Origin: Escherichia phage T5_ev219
Reading direction: 5' to 3' (one strand)
Sequence record: NC_134263.1
DNA: 64,000 nt
Position numbers and translations under genes: made by a program. Of the stretch, positions 48,701-58,246 are shown piece by piece (the stretch's first letter is position 1; each line of letters begins with the position of its first letter). The notes beneath the pieces were generated by a model, which was not told where the DNA came from, searched no databases, and was given only the letters and a program-made list of their open reading frames with translations.

Positions 48701-49429
48701 GTACCCGGCTGCTTCTTGTAGGGATCTAGCAAGGGACTGAACAGGAGTACCTGTCTGAGTACCTACTATAACACCAAATTTTTCTAGACGATTTAGCTGA
48801 TCACCTAACTTAAGTTGTTCGAATGCAGATTGCAAAACGAAGATGTTGGAAGCAAGAGCTGCATACATAATAGGTAAACTACCACCTATCTTAGCCATTG
48901 CCGCAAAATCACGAGTTGCACCACGTGCTGAACCAGAAGTATTACCAATAGCTCTAGAAGCTCTACCAGCAGCACCAGTAGTATCATTAAAGCCCTTAGT
49001 TGTACCACCTAAAGCTCTATTAGTATCGTATAACCTATCTTGAACTTTCTCTGTTGCAGCTGCAACATCATTGCCCATTGTTTTAACAGATCTAGAAACT
49101 CCATCAAATCCAACTTCTAGTTTATCTGCTACTTCAATCATTGTAATAGCTAGGTCATCCAGCTTAGTCCCTATATCATTAATAGATTTAGTAATACCAA
49201 GCATGCCCCTACTAGCCTGCATTTTAGTAAGACTTTTTGCTGCTCTATCTGCTGCCCTCTCAATGGAGTATAGAGTTTTGGGCATTTTACCTAACTGCTC
49301 ATTCGTTAGCTCAGAAGCCGCAGCAGCATTCTCTAATGCATCAGATACGTTTTCAATAGACTTTGCAGTACGAGTTGCCCCCTTCTGTTTAACGTCTATC
49401 AGTAATTCTCGTATTAGCTTATCAGTCAT
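45749..49429 (-). CDS. tail tape measure protein (pb2-like)
   Basis: 1226 aa, long coiled-coil-rich protein with Gly/Ala hydrophobic segment; position. Confidence 0.8.
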   Translation of the reverse strand: MTDKLIRELLIDVKQKGATRTAKSIENVSDALENAAAASELTNEQLGKMPKTLYSIERAADRAAKSLTKMQASRGMLGITKSINDIGTKLDDLAITMIEVADKLEVGFDGVSRSVKTMGNDVAAATEKVQDRLYDTNRALGGTTKGFNDTTGAAGRASRAIGNTSGSARGATRDFAAMAKIGGSLPIMYAALASNIFVLQSAFEQLKLGDQLNRLEKFGVIVGTQTGTPVQSLARSLQEAAGYAISFEEAMRQASSASAYGFDAEQLNKFGLVARRAAAVLGVDMTDALNRVIKGVSKQEIELLDELGVTIRLNDAYADYVKQLNAANTGITYNINSLTTFQKQQAYANAVIAESTKRFGYLDEVLRATPWEQFAANADAALRKIQQAAAKYLGPVIDAINTVFYTSQASVSAEAARAQEKTNRQIDPTNVGAVALSLAASEEGYNKALDMYKESLDKRNKLKSEFDKRMEQADFYTRLAIRQVGEGIPVGLAAAGASEANKKFVEETAAMGLQVTRLGKEVEDSTENLNAWKSAYQAAGAAAAKANPEFQKQINLQRDTTDPGAVYDFNSTVLKGLTEQQKAYNQTKKTASDLANDIQNVAQNTDTAAKTSATLADAIKNIESLSLGTGKSADEYVKNLNLGYNTLSEMKTASQALSEYVKLTGNETKNQLAVQQKIADVYNQTKDKEKAQEAGRRLELQQLEEQEAALRRVLQTNQGNKAVEKEIEKIQLEKLKLTNQGMEAQKKVKDYTDKILGVDREIALLNDRTMTTTQYRLAQLKLELTVEKEKYEWYTKQADKQKEAEQSRRAQAQISRELWEAEKQATASHVSSLMDALEVSQTQRNVTGQAQILTERLSVLQEQLELSKGNTEEEIKYRNEIYKTAATLEQLRKQREGQMQQQVGSSVGAVYTPTTGLSGEDKDFADMQNRMASYDQAISKLSELNSEATAVAQSMGNLTNAMIQFSQGSLDTTSLIASGMQTVSSMIQYSTSQQVSAIDAAIAAEQKRDGKSEASKAKLKKLEAEKLKIQQDAAKKQIIIQTAVAVMQAATAVPYPFSIPLMVAAGLAGALALAQASSASSMSSIADSGADTTSYLTLGERQKNIDVSMSANAGELSYIRGDKGIGGANSFVPRAEGGNMYPGVSYQMGEHGTEVVTPMVPMKATPNDELKTSSNSTSGRPIILNISAMDAASFREFASSNSGALRDAVELALNENGASLKTLGNS

Positions 49430-49452
49430 ATTTTATTTTTCCCAATAAAAAA

Positions 49453-49477
49453 GGCTCTGGGCAAATCACCCAGAGCC
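49453..49477 (-). terminator. hairpin plus U tract directly upstream of the tape-measure start (attenuator-like)
   Basis: ggctctggg caaatca cccagagcc with minus-strand TTTTTT; part of a duplicated cassette (see 54468-54487). Confidence 0.55.
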
Positions 49478-49512
49478 AAGCCTCATCGTGGAACGCCCAT
49501 TGGAGGAAACTT

Positions 49513-49881
49513 TTATCGCGCCCGAGATCTAGCATGTGGCTTAACGTTAGGTATTCTTCCGTTTTGCGGTTTATGCTTCTCGGCGCGTTTACGTGCAGCA
49601 TCTACAGCTTTAGCATCAAATATATTGATAATGTGTAGAACAAATTCTTTTTCTATAGGATCGGTAATCCCATAAATATCAAATAAAACACCTAGAGCAG
49701 CTTTATCTTTACCTATAAAGATAGGAAAGTCACCAGGTATGAAACAGTCAACTAGACTATTATAAATATTCATACTAATAGCTACAATAGGTGGAAAATC
49801 TTCAAGCTCAACAGGCATAGCCTTAGGATCAGGTTCTATACCCATTGACTCACAAAGTATTAAATATTGTTGTTTAGTCAT
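49513..49881 (-). CDS. tail assembly chaperone, downstream ORF (possible frameshift extension)
   Basis: No convincing RBS; frame open upstream to 49968, overlapping the end of ORF 49943-50347. Confidence 0.45.
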   Translation of the reverse strand: MTKQQYLILCESMGIEPDPKAMPVELEDFPPIVAISMNIYNSLVDCFIPGDFPIFIGKDKAALGVLFDIYGITDPIEKEFVLHIINIFDAKAVDAARKRAEKHKPQNGRIPNVKPHARSRAR

Positions 49882-49942
49882 TTTAGATGCTGAGCTTTTA
49901 ATACATTTATCAGCAAAGTCGGCAACAGCATCTAGTAGTTCT

Positions 49943-50347
49943 TTACGCTTTTGGGCTACGAAAAGTGTCTAAATGGAACACTGTTTGGTTGATCCAAGAA
50001 TCAAACGCAGCAGAGTTCTGCATAAGCATTACAGCATTGTCACGACTAAATGGAACTTCAGTATCAGGATCCGCATCTGTTTCAATCAGCATCAGTTTCT
50101 CAACATCACCAACTGTTAGACCAGTCCAACCTTTAATAGCTGCATCAACAAATGCTTCAATGAACTTGTCATCATCCTGTACTTGAATTAGAGTACCGTT
50201 AACCCATTCATCACGTTTAGCAGAAGAAATAACACGTTTAGAAGTAGCGCGAGACATATAATTGAGTTCTAATTTAAAGTTCGGCATACCTGGGTAGGAA
50301 AGAGTAATAGTACGGGTATCAAGAGTAATATCTTTTAAGTTAATCAT
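49943..50347 (-). CDS. tail assembly chaperone-like protein
   Basis: ORF track 49943-50362 trimmed to ATG (MINLKD) with GGAGA RBS; immediately upstream of tape-measure region. Confidence 0.45.
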   Translation of the reverse strand: MINLKDITLDTRTITLSYPGMPNFKLELNYMSRATSKRVISSAKRDEWVNGTLIQVQDDDKFIEAFVDAAIKGWTGLTVGDVEKLMLIETDADPDTEVPFSRDNAVMLMQNSAAFDSWINQTVFHLDTFRSPKA

Positions 50348-51242
50348 TTTTAATTTCTCCAAAGAAATCTATTCTCACTGGGTCTGAAGAAGCAGTAGGT
50401 ATAATATCCCACTCAACTTTATACACATCTGAGAAATCTAGGCGTTTTGTAATACGTGCTAAAGGAAAATCTATAGAAATATTATTATTTCTTATATTTA
50501 AAGGTACATCGGTTTCTGGTTCGATATTGTAAACCATATCTCCAGCAAAACGTTTTAAGTAATATAGAGAAATGGTTGCTGAAGCATTCATCTCATTTAC
50601 ATAGGCTCTTTTATTATTATATATTTTATTTATATCAAAAACACTCTTATCTTCTCTCCAAGAGCATTGCTGTTGAAAAGATAAAGAGGCGGAAATAAGA
50701 CCAGGTAAGATGCTACCGTTAGTAGAAACTATTACTGGGCTATAAGACATTGCTTCACCCTGTATAATAGAAGCTGCTTCTCTATATGTAGATACTTCGG
50801 AAAATTTCCCTGATTCGATACCAACGTTAAGAATTGGTATATTCTTATCTAAAGAAAAATCTACAGTAGATACATAGCAGTTCTCAAAGTATACACAGTT
50901 ATTATCTTTATTTACTATATAGATATTAAACATAATAGGTTCAATATTGTTACTATATAGTGGTAGTAAGAAAGTATTACCTTTCCTATCAAAACCTAGC
51001 CATTCGAAAAAATTAGCTTCAGTAAGCGTATTACTAAAATTTACTGCTAGAGAGATGGAAGAAGGAGTTTGAGCATTTATAATAGAGTCTGCATAGTTAG
51101 TTCTACGATGAATAGTCCTACGAAGGGTCTTAAATTCTTCGTAGGAGGTTTGTACATCATAGTTTGATAGGGCATCAAAATGAAATGCCCTACCATCATA
51201 CTCAACTATAACTTTTGACTCTCGCATTAGAGAGTAGTACAT
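50340..51242 (-). CDS. minor tail protein (p140-like)
   Basis: 300 aa; synteny after tail tube gene. Confidence 0.5.
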   Translation of the reverse strand: MYYSLMRESKVIVEYDGRAFHFDALSNYDVQTSYEEFKTLRRTIHRRTNYADSIINAQTPSSISLAVNFSNTLTEANFFEWLGFDRKGNTFLLPLYSNNIEPIMFNIYIVNKDNNCVYFENCYVSTVDFSLDKNIPILNVGIESGKFSEVSTYREAASIIQGEAMSYSPVIVSTNGSILPGLISASLSFQQQCSWREDKSVFDINKIYNNKRAYVNEMNASATISLYYLKRFAGDMVYNIEPETDVPLNIRNNNISIDFPLARITKRLDFSDVYKVEWDIIPTASSDPVRIDFFGEIKND

Positions 51243-51246
51243 TTAT

Positions 51247-52653
51247 TTAACCACCAGCACTAACTGTGATAGTTTTAGTACCTTCTACACCAGAACCGTC
51301 TTTAGCTACAGCCTTCACAGTAACTGCACCAGTTTTAGAAGCATCAGCTGTTAATAACCCAGATTCTGCATCAATCGTAGCTGCGTTACCACTAGAAATA
51401 GACCAAGTCACAGCCTTATTAGTAGCTTCTGGAGGTGTTACCTCAACAGACATCTGTAAAGTATTACTATTTGTTACAGAAGTAGCCTCACCAGCCGATT
51501 TAACTGTGATTGATTCGACTAGTTTTGGTGGAGTTTTAGCACCATCCCCCGTAGCAATTAGATTCGCTATTGTAGTTTTGGTATACTTGTTAGAGAAGCC
51601 TAAGTATCCTTCGTCACCAGTATCCAAATCAGTAGGAATAGCTTTAAACTCTACTGAAGTACCAAGTACATCATCAGTCTCAATAGTAGGGATGTTAACG
51701 TGCGCCTGTTTAGCAACTAACACAGCTGCCGGTCGCTCATCATCGTATTCACCACCCAAAATAAGTGCAATTTCAAAACGGTTAACTACCTTAAGGGTTT
51801 TGACAAGATCTTTGTACAGTTCCATGGAACCAAGAGACTTATCATTAAGGTATGCTGTCAAAGAACCCGTTAACTCAAACGCACCCGTAAATGAGCCGAT
51901 TGGAATATTTACACGTGACATAATATTCGGGGTTAGGTACGTGATGTTGTTATTAATGGTAAAAGTACCACCAGTAATAGGAATATCATATGCCTTATCA
52001 GAATCCATATCCTTAATTTTTAGGATAGTTAACTTGTTCTTTATATAAGAACTCTGAATAGTCATATAGGTTTCATCATCAATACCTAATGCATCTGGAT
52101 CAAATGGTTGGCTATCTAACGGGATGAGCTGATTACCATTACCAGACCAGGTTACACGACCAATATCCTCAATATCAACGTTAACTTCTGCCTGGTTGAT
52201 CTGGCAGGAGTCAATATAGCTCCATGCTTTATCAGTAAGAATGTAGATGTGCAGCATAGCCAACTCATGATAAGAGTTATCTTTAAAGTTAACCATGAAG
52301 TTAGCTTCATTATTATGCGCACCTGTGTCTCCCTCAAGGTTTAATGCTTTACCACTAGAAAGAGCGTGCCACAACATATAGTCGGGAACAATCTGTTTAT
52401 TAGAGGTTTTATCCTTGTATGGCAGGATATATGTGGAGAAGCTCCACTCAGCTGCATTCAAGGAATCATTAAAACGTTTAGAACCACGAGTAGGACGCGG
52501 ACCAGCTTCGTTAACAGTAATATCTGTTGAGTTACTGTCCTGACCCCAAGAAATATCATCCTGAACTAGAATCTCTTGCGTGTTGGTCTTATCGTGACCA
52601 GTCTTAACCGTAGACACGAAGATTCGAGTATTACGTAATAGTTGTAAAGACAT
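51247..52653 (-). CDS. major tail tube protein (pb6-like) with C-terminal Ig-like domain
   Basis: 468 aa; C-terminal Ig-like (BIG2-type) segment VTVKAVAKDGSGVEGTKTITVSAGG. Confidence 0.7.
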   Translation of the reverse strand: MSLQLLRNTRIFVSTVKTGHDKTNTQEILVQDDISWGQDSNSTDITVNEAGPRPTRGSKRFNDSLNAAEWSFSTYILPYKDKTSNKQIVPDYMLWHALSSGKALNLEGDTGAHNNEANFMVNFKDNSYHELAMLHIYILTDKAWSYIDSCQINQAEVNVDIEDIGRVTWSGNGNQLIPLDSQPFDPDALGIDDETYMTIQSSYIKNKLTILKIKDMDSDKAYDIPITGGTFTINNNITYLTPNIMSRVNIPIGSFTGAFELTGSLTAYLNDKSLGSMELYKDLVKTLKVVNRFEIALILGGEYDDERPAAVLVAKQAHVNIPTIETDDVLGTSVEFKAIPTDLDTGDEGYLGFSNKYTKTTIANLIATGDGAKTPPKLVESITVKSAGEATSVTNSNTLQMSVEVTPPEATNKAVTWSISSGNAATIDAESGLLTADASKTGAVTVKAVAKDGSGVEGTKTITVSAGG

Positions 52654-52679
52654 TTAATTATTTTCTCCTAATCTGTAAC

Positions 52680-53165
52680 TTATCTGCGAAGTGACCTACG
52701 TGGAGGCTGATACCTCACTGTTACATTTATTTCTGCTAAACCATATGGGGCCAGTAGACCCTCATCTGTACTAACTGATGTAATGCTCATATCAGTCGCC
52801 TCACATGGGAAGGTCGATCCATTAGGTTTACTAACAGTATATTCTAAATTTCCACCTGTGTCAATAACGGTTTTTATATCCGCTACGAGTTTTTCAAGTT
52901 GCTCTTGAATGTCTGTTTTCTCTTTATCGTACACCAGGATTGGAAGTTCTAAAAACATCCACTGTTGGCCTGAAGGAAGATACTGCCCAGTTTCAGTTCC
53001 GATATGAACTGCAACATAAGGAAACTCTCGTATCTCCTCAAACTTATAAGTTTGACGTGAGACGTTTCCATACAAGTTATTAAAATATTCATCTGGTTGA
53101 GAGCCATCCATTTGTTTGGCTATTCGGTCAACCAGAGCTTGTGCTATACTTGTTCTGTGATCCAT
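52680..53165 (-). CDS. tail terminator / tail completion protein
   Basis: 161 aa; position between neck and tail tube genes. Confidence 0.45.
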   Translation of the reverse strand: MDHRTSIAQALVDRIAKQMDGSQPDEYFNNLYGNVSRQTYKFEEIREFPYVAVHIGTETGQYLPSGQQWMFLELPILVYDKEKTDIQEQLEKLVADIKTVIDTGGNLEYTVSKPNGSTFPCEATDMSITSVSTDEGLLAPYGLAEINVTVRYQPPRRSLRR

Positions 53166-53168
53166 TTA

Positions 53169-53936
53169 TTAGGTTCCTTGATTAACCTTAATTTTGTATC
53201 TGGAGTGAATTAAGTCTCTTGCAGCTTTAGCTATCGCCTCTCCAATTAGTCTTTGAGGGTTTCTAGCACCTGGGTAGGGTCGTAATGACAATCTTCGATA
53301 TGTAGATACTGCAGGATTAAATACTGAATATGGGCGTACCATATAATTATATGTAACATTTAATTCAGGAGCACCTTTGCTAGTTCCAGCATCTCTAAGC
53401 ATAACATCTTTAACTTTTAGAGAATTTGCAAAACGACCTGTTCTAAATTTAAGTGGAGCTCCTGCTTTTTTCATATCCTTTATTAAGTATTCTTTAGCAA
53501 CCAACTCCAGAATAACCTTCATATTACTATTTGATACAAAACGACCAGAAGCACCTGTTACCGCACCAGAATATCCATCTTCTACGTCTCTAGGATCCCC
53601 GAAGTTTACCTGCACCCTACCAGTAGAACGTTTTTTACCTACAGAGGATTTTTTACCGGCAGTTGCTTGTATTAAATTCTCTAAAGCACCTAAGTCTCCT
53701 GTTAGATCTAAGCTAGAAGAAACTGCTTTTAGAATAGAAGCGGTCCTAACATTAAGGAGATCTTGGGATACAGGTTTTGAGAACTTAAAAGATACCTGAG
53801 CAACAGTACCGTCCCTAGTAGGATCTTTTAATCCTGTTTCAACAGAGTATACAACAGTATTCTTATTGTTCTCGGAACGTCCGACAGTATCTAGTTGCTC
53901 CTTAATAATTTGTGTAGCTAAATCAGAAAGAGACAT
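53169..53936 (-). CDS. neck / head-to-tail joining protein
   Basis: 255 aa; synteny. Confidence 0.45.
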   Translation of the reverse strand: MSLSDLATQIIKEQLDTVGRSENNKNTVVYSVETGLKDPTRDGTVAQVSFKFSKPVSQDLLNVRTASILKAVSSSLDLTGDLGALENLIQATAGKKSSVGKKRSTGRVQVNFGDPRDVEDGYSGAVTGASGRFVSNSNMKVILELVAKEYLIKDMKKAGAPLKFRTGRFANSLKVKDVMLRDAGTSKGAPELNVTYNYMVRPYSVFNPAVSTYRRLSLRPYPGARNPQRLIGEAIAKAARDLIHSRYKIKVNQGT

Positions 53937-54448
53937 TATACTCTCCTGTAAACTTCAATAATAGTACGAATATGCTCTGGAATACCAGACTTAGTATTAT
54001 TAAAAGTAACTGTTTCTCCACCAATTGTTTTAGCTTGACGGTAATCCTGTTTATGCCAATGATCTACTAGCATACATGCTGCAAGTTTGAGATCCTCAGG
54101 TATTGGATTAAATCCACCTTGTGTGTATTCTACATCCATATAACCTTCTGGGGGATTAAATTTAAGAAGTATAACCCCATCAGAATACAACTTATATTGT
54201 TCTGGATCTATCTCCTTGTCGTTAATAGTCATTTTGGTTACTGAAGTAGCCGAGGGAGAACTTAAGAAGTATTTTTTACGAGTAGGTTTTGTATTGATTA
54301 ACTGGTCTACCGCATCAGCATCATCCATACCTAAAAGGCTAGTAATCAGCGCATTGGCAGCAGTAATCATCATCTCTACTCCAGATTCTAGTTCAGGTCG
54401 TTTTAACCCACCATATAATCTATAGTCTTCAGCTGTGATTATTTGCAT
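53936..54448 (-). CDS. head completion protein
   Basis: 170 aa; immediately downstream of major capsid gene. Confidence 0.45.
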   Translation of the reverse strand: MQIITAEDYRLYGGLKRPELESGVEMMITAANALITSLLGMDDADAVDQLINTKPTRKKYFLSSPSATSVTKMTINDKEIDPEQYKLYSDGVILLKFNPPEGYMDVEYTQGGFNPIPEDLKLAACMLVDHWHKQDYRQAKTIGGETVTFNNTKSGIPEHIRTIIEVYRRV

Positions 54449-54467
54449 TTATTTTTCCCAATAAAAA

Positions 54468-54487
54468 AGGAGAGCCGAAGCTCTCCT
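54468..54487 (-). terminator. rho-independent terminator after major capsid gene
   Basis: aggagagc cgaa gctctcct hairpin followed on minus strand by TTTTTT. Confidence 0.7.
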
Positions 54488-54507
54488 TATCGGCTGAAAA
54501 GCCTGTA

Positions 54508-55884
54508 TTAAGATGCAGCGTAAGCACCAGATACAACGCCATTTGCAAAGTAACGTTGCAGGTTAACACGCTGAGTAACGTAGTATGCGTCACGCTGTTT
54601 ACCAGCTTGGCGCTCACGTTCAACAGTAACAGCACGCTGGCGTGGCATTACGAAGTTATCTTTATAAACAATAACTGCGAACTCTGCGGAAGTAGCTTTA
54701 GCTGGGAAGTACTCAGAAACTACAACCGGCAGACCATAAATACGACCAACCTGACCCTGCAGTTTAACAGCATCATTACCAACTTGGGCAACATCCTGCC
54801 ATTCTTCATCTTCCAGCAGATCATAGTAAGCATCCATAGATACAATCAGTACCAGTTTGCTCAGTTTCAGACCATGACGGCCCAGTTTACGACGCAATTT
54901 AGAGATAGTTTTAGCAGTTACCAGTACGGAACCATCAGCTTTAGCTTCAGTAATAACTTTAGCACTATCTTCACTAGCAAGAGTCAGCAGACCTTTCGGT
55001 TTACCGGAACCATCACCAGTCATGAAGGCTTCTTCAATAGAAACAGCGTGTGCTTCGATCAGACGCTTACGAAGCAGTGGCAGCAGGGAGAAGATTGCAT
55101 CTTCTTCAGTTTCATCAGTAATGAAGGACTTAGCAGCCAGTTTGTAAGTACTGAAGTGGATTTCTTTAAGAGCACCTTTAACTTCATCACCAGTAGTTGC
55201 ATCAGTACCATAAGTAGAAGCAGCAACCCAAGTAGCTTTACCAGCATCCGGTTCAACCAGCATAGTAAGAATCTTACTGGACATCGGCAGTTCTTCGAAC
55301 AGTGCGCCAACTACAAGCTCTTTCTGCAGGTCACGGATAATACGCTGAGAGAAAATAGTTTCATAGCTTTCACTAGAAACTTCTACAGAAGAAGACTGAT
55401 TCACTGCTTTCAGGTGTTTTTGACCGTGTTCGGTCTCGAATACGCCCTTTTCCATTACATAAGATAACAGAACCAGTTTTTCAACTTCATCTTCAAAGTT
55501 TTCCTGAGTACCGTACAGTGCTTTAGCAACACTATCACCAACGAAGGAACGACCTTCACGAGCTGTCAGCAGAGATTTAATTTCATCCTGAAGACCAACA
55601 ATAGTTTCCTGTTGTTTTTCTACAGTTTGTGCAAACAGTTCTGCGCTCTTCTTAGATTTCTCATCCAGAGACTTAACCAGATCCAGAGCCTCTTCCAGAC
55701 GCTTACGATCTTCGCCAACTGCTTTAGAAACCAGGTCATTCATACGAGCCAGTTCTTTTTCTTCCTGCTCTTTACGCATACGTTCAGCTTCCTGAGCTTT
55801 CTGAGCAGCGGTCAGACCTTCCAGAGATTTAGCCAGATCACCCAGACCAAGTTCTTCTTTCAGCTTATTAATATCAATAGTCAT
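54508..55884 (-). CDS. major capsid protein precursor (HK97-fold with N-terminal scaffolding delta domain)
   Basis: 458 aa; N-terminal coiled-coil scaffold-like region then capsid core; follows protease gene. Confidence 0.85.
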   Translation of the reverse strand: MTIDINKLKEELGLGDLAKSLEGLTAAQKAQEAERMRKEQEEKELARMNDLVSKAVGEDRKRLEEALDLVKSLDEKSKKSAELFAQTVEKQQETIVGLQDEIKSLLTAREGRSFVGDSVAKALYGTQENFEDEVEKLVLLSYVMEKGVFETEHGQKHLKAVNQSSSVEVSSESYETIFSQRIIRDLQKELVVGALFEELPMSSKILTMLVEPDAGKATWVAASTYGTDATTGDEVKGALKEIHFSTYKLAAKSFITDETEEDAIFSLLPLLRKRLIEAHAVSIEEAFMTGDGSGKPKGLLTLASEDSAKVITEAKADGSVLVTAKTISKLRRKLGRHGLKLSKLVLIVSMDAYYDLLEDEEWQDVAQVGNDAVKLQGQVGRIYGLPVVVSEYFPAKATSAEFAVIVYKDNFVMPRQRAVTVERERQAGKQRDAYYVTQRVNLQRYFANGVVSGAYAAS

Positions 55885-55901
55885 TTTTAAATAATTCTCC
55901 G

Positions 55902-56534
55902 TTATTCTTTAACGTAGCCTAAAGCTATCGCAAGTTTTTCTAGTTCAGAAAGATTACGTTCTTGAGCTGGGACAGCTTTAGAACTTATTGCAGTAAAAGA
56001 TTTACGCCATTCAGTATAATCATGACCATTCATGCTCTTAGCGAGATTGAACGTTGAGTCCTGATTACAAGGTACAGAAACTACCGAAACTTCGTATAGT
56101 TCTAAATCTTTAATAATAAATATATCAGTAGCTTCATCCCACTCTGCATCTAGGCAGCGGAATCCGATACTAAAAGTTTTCAGTACACCGTTTTTAATTA
56201 GTGAAAAGATAGCCGGGTCAGAACTTTCATAGATCTCGCATTCGATTTCGAGACCCATTTCAGTAGGGTTAAGATCAATACACTTACCGATTGGACGACG
56301 ATGATCGTGTCCGAAAAGAATAATCGGGTTTTTCATATAGTTAGTAAGTGCATTAGATGTTTTCCATGCGGAAGCAGGGATTACATCGCCAGCGCGATCT
56401 TTACTAATTGTATTAGCGAATCCACGTATTTTTACAACGCCCTCTTTGGATTCACTATCAATAGATTTAATATAAGCATCTAAATGAACGGGTGCTGATT
56501 TTAACTTGTTATAGTCAATAGCAGCTTGTGTCAT
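55902..56534 (-). CDS. prohead maturation protease
   Basis: 210 aa; prohead protease-like pattern; between portal/decoration and capsid genes. Confidence 0.75.
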   Translation of the reverse strand: MTQAAIDYNKLKSAPVHLDAYIKSIDSESKEGVVKIRGFANTISKDRAGDVIPASAWKTSNALTNYMKNPIILFGHDHRRPIGKCIDLNPTEMGLEIECEIYESSDPAIFSLIKNGVLKTFSIGFRCLDAEWDEATDIFIIKDLELYEVSVVSVPCNQDSTFNLAKSMNGHDYTEWRKSFTAISSKAVPAQERNLSELEKLAIALGYVKE

Positions 56535-56537
56535 TTA

Positions 56538-57032
56538 TTAGCCTCCAGGAACAGTAGGATTAACTGTCACAGCACATGCAGTAGAATCCTTACTTACTTG
56601 CTTACTATCTGTTACAGTTACTTTATAGGCTCCAGAATCCTCCGTAGCTGCTGCAGGCTTAGTATAGGTAGCTCCTGAAGCTTCCGGAATAGGAGAACCA
56701 TCTTTAGTCCATGCATAAGTATATGGACTAGTACCACCAGTTACAGTAACAGAAAGTGTTAATGCTGCTCCCTCTTCAACCGACATGCTAGCAGTTAAAT
56801 CTTTAGAAAGAGTTAACGGTGGGGCCGGTGGAGCAGGAGGAACTGCTTTACCATAAGCCTCTACAAATTTCTTCCATACTTTACGGTTAGTATGCGCAGA
56901 TGAAAGCCCTAGTTCTCTACGCAGAAAAGCATAGCTAGGAACATATTTATGCGCAGCAACCGTAGCAAAGAAGATATGAGATTCTGGTAGTTTTTCACCA
57001 AAAATGGTCTTTAGACCATTATAATCAATCAT
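56538..57032 (-). CDS. capsid decoration protein with Ig-like domain (pb10-like)
   Basis: 164 aa; Ig-like segment TVTGGTSPYTYAWTKDGS. Confidence 0.6.
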   Translation of the reverse strand: MIDYNGLKTIFGEKLPESHIFFATVAAHKYVPSYAFLRRELGLSSAHTNRKVWKKFVEAYGKAVPPAPPAPPLTLSKDLTASMSVEEGAALTLSVTVTGGTSPYTYAWTKDGSPIPEASGATYTKPAAATEDSGAYKVTVTDSKQVSKDSTACAVTVNPTVPGG

Positions 57033-58246
57033 TCTTTATCTCCCTCGGTGGAACCTTGAGGTCTACCACCTTCTTGACCAGATACACCTGTTGCAGAACC
57101 AGCAACGTTAGCAGGAATACGAATCTTATCCATCTGCTCATCATCTAAAGGTTCAAGGTTCAGCTCTAAACGAGCTTCGTTACCAGTCATAATACCATTA
57201 TTAACCAATGAGGTTAAATGTTTAGCCTCAGCTTCTTTATCTGGTGTTAATGCAGCTACTTCCTTAGTATTAGGAGTAATCTTATAACCAAAAAAGAAAG
57301 TAAGAGAACTAGTCAGTTTGTTCAGCATAGGAATGATAGTCATATAATAGAACAATTCGATGTTTGGTCGAATATTCGCATTATTACCACCATCAAGCAG
57401 TACTTGCGGAACTCCAAAGGCTAGACAAATAGATTTATTAAATCCTTCGATGTCTTCCTTAAAGTCTAGATCTTTAAAAGAGGATATTTGGGAGTACGGT
57501 TTAGCTTTCATACCACCATCTAGAATCAGGACAGAAGACTGACCCGTACTAGGATTATAATCGAGTTGTAATTCTTCTTGTTTACGCTCACGCAATTTCT
57601 TGTTCAGGATTTCATCCGTCTCAAGAATAAGACCAATCACGGTTCCGTTATCGAGGAATTTCTCTTTAAAGTTAAGCATCTTAGAACGCTTCTCAAGAGA
57701 ATCAATAACAGTAGCAACACGAGATTGTCCAGAAATTTGAGAATTTGTGCCGCACACGTAACTGTTATCCTTTATAAAGATAATCTCATCTACGCGATAG
57801 TTTATCTGATTATTAAATATAAATTTTTTGATAAACTTATTGGCATCTGCCTCGACCTGCATAAGAGCAGCCGGGACATGGTAAAGCGATGTGCCATCCC
57901 AATAGATGTATGCACAACCTTCAAAAAGTAGGTCAGTGACTACAAGTCTACGGAATGTGCTTATATCCATGAATGGATTAGGTCGTACATTTAAGAGAGT
58001 GTCTAGAGTCTTTGTTTTGACGCCATTAGCGTACGTAACAATATTATATTTATCTCCGACAGTATAAGAACACTCCGCCGCACTATCTATAACCATATTA
58101 GCAGTTCTATTGAGAATCTCAATTTTACTGTAGGCTTGTCCAGTGGTAAAAGGCTTACGGTTAGTGCGATGACTAACTGGTTCCATGTCTCTTATAATAC
58201 GTTGACCCGGATTTAACTTTTCAGTAATCCAGCTTTTTAAACCCAT
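57029..58246 (-). CDS. portal protein
   Basis: 405 aa; position between terminase/endonucleases and head genes. Confidence 0.75.
   Translation of the reverse strand: MGLKSWITEKLNPGQRIIRDMEPVSHRTNRKPFTTGQAYSKIEILNRTANMVIDSAAECSYTVGDKYNIVTYANGVKTKTLDTLLNVRPNPFMDISTFRRLVVTDLLFEGCAYIYWDGTSLYHVPAALMQVEADANKFIKKFIFNNQINYRVDEIIFIKDNSYVCGTNSQISGQSRVATVIDSLEKRSKMLNFKEKFLDNGTVIGLILETDEILNKKLRERKQEELQLDYNPSTGQSSVLILDGGMKAKPYSQISSFKDLDFKEDIEGFNKSICLAFGVPQVLLDGGNNANIRPNIELFYYMTIIPMLNKLTSSLTFFFGYKITPNTKEVAALTPDKEAEAKHLTSLVNNGIMTGNEARLELNLEPLDDEQMDKIRIPANVAGSATGVSGQEGGRPQGSTEGDKE

Noticed and set aside
54556-55467. 303-aa plus-strand ORF
   Set aside because: Lies antisense inside the major capsid gene, is low-complexity (Phe/Ser/Asn-rich) and has no RBS; treated as a spurious shadow ORF.
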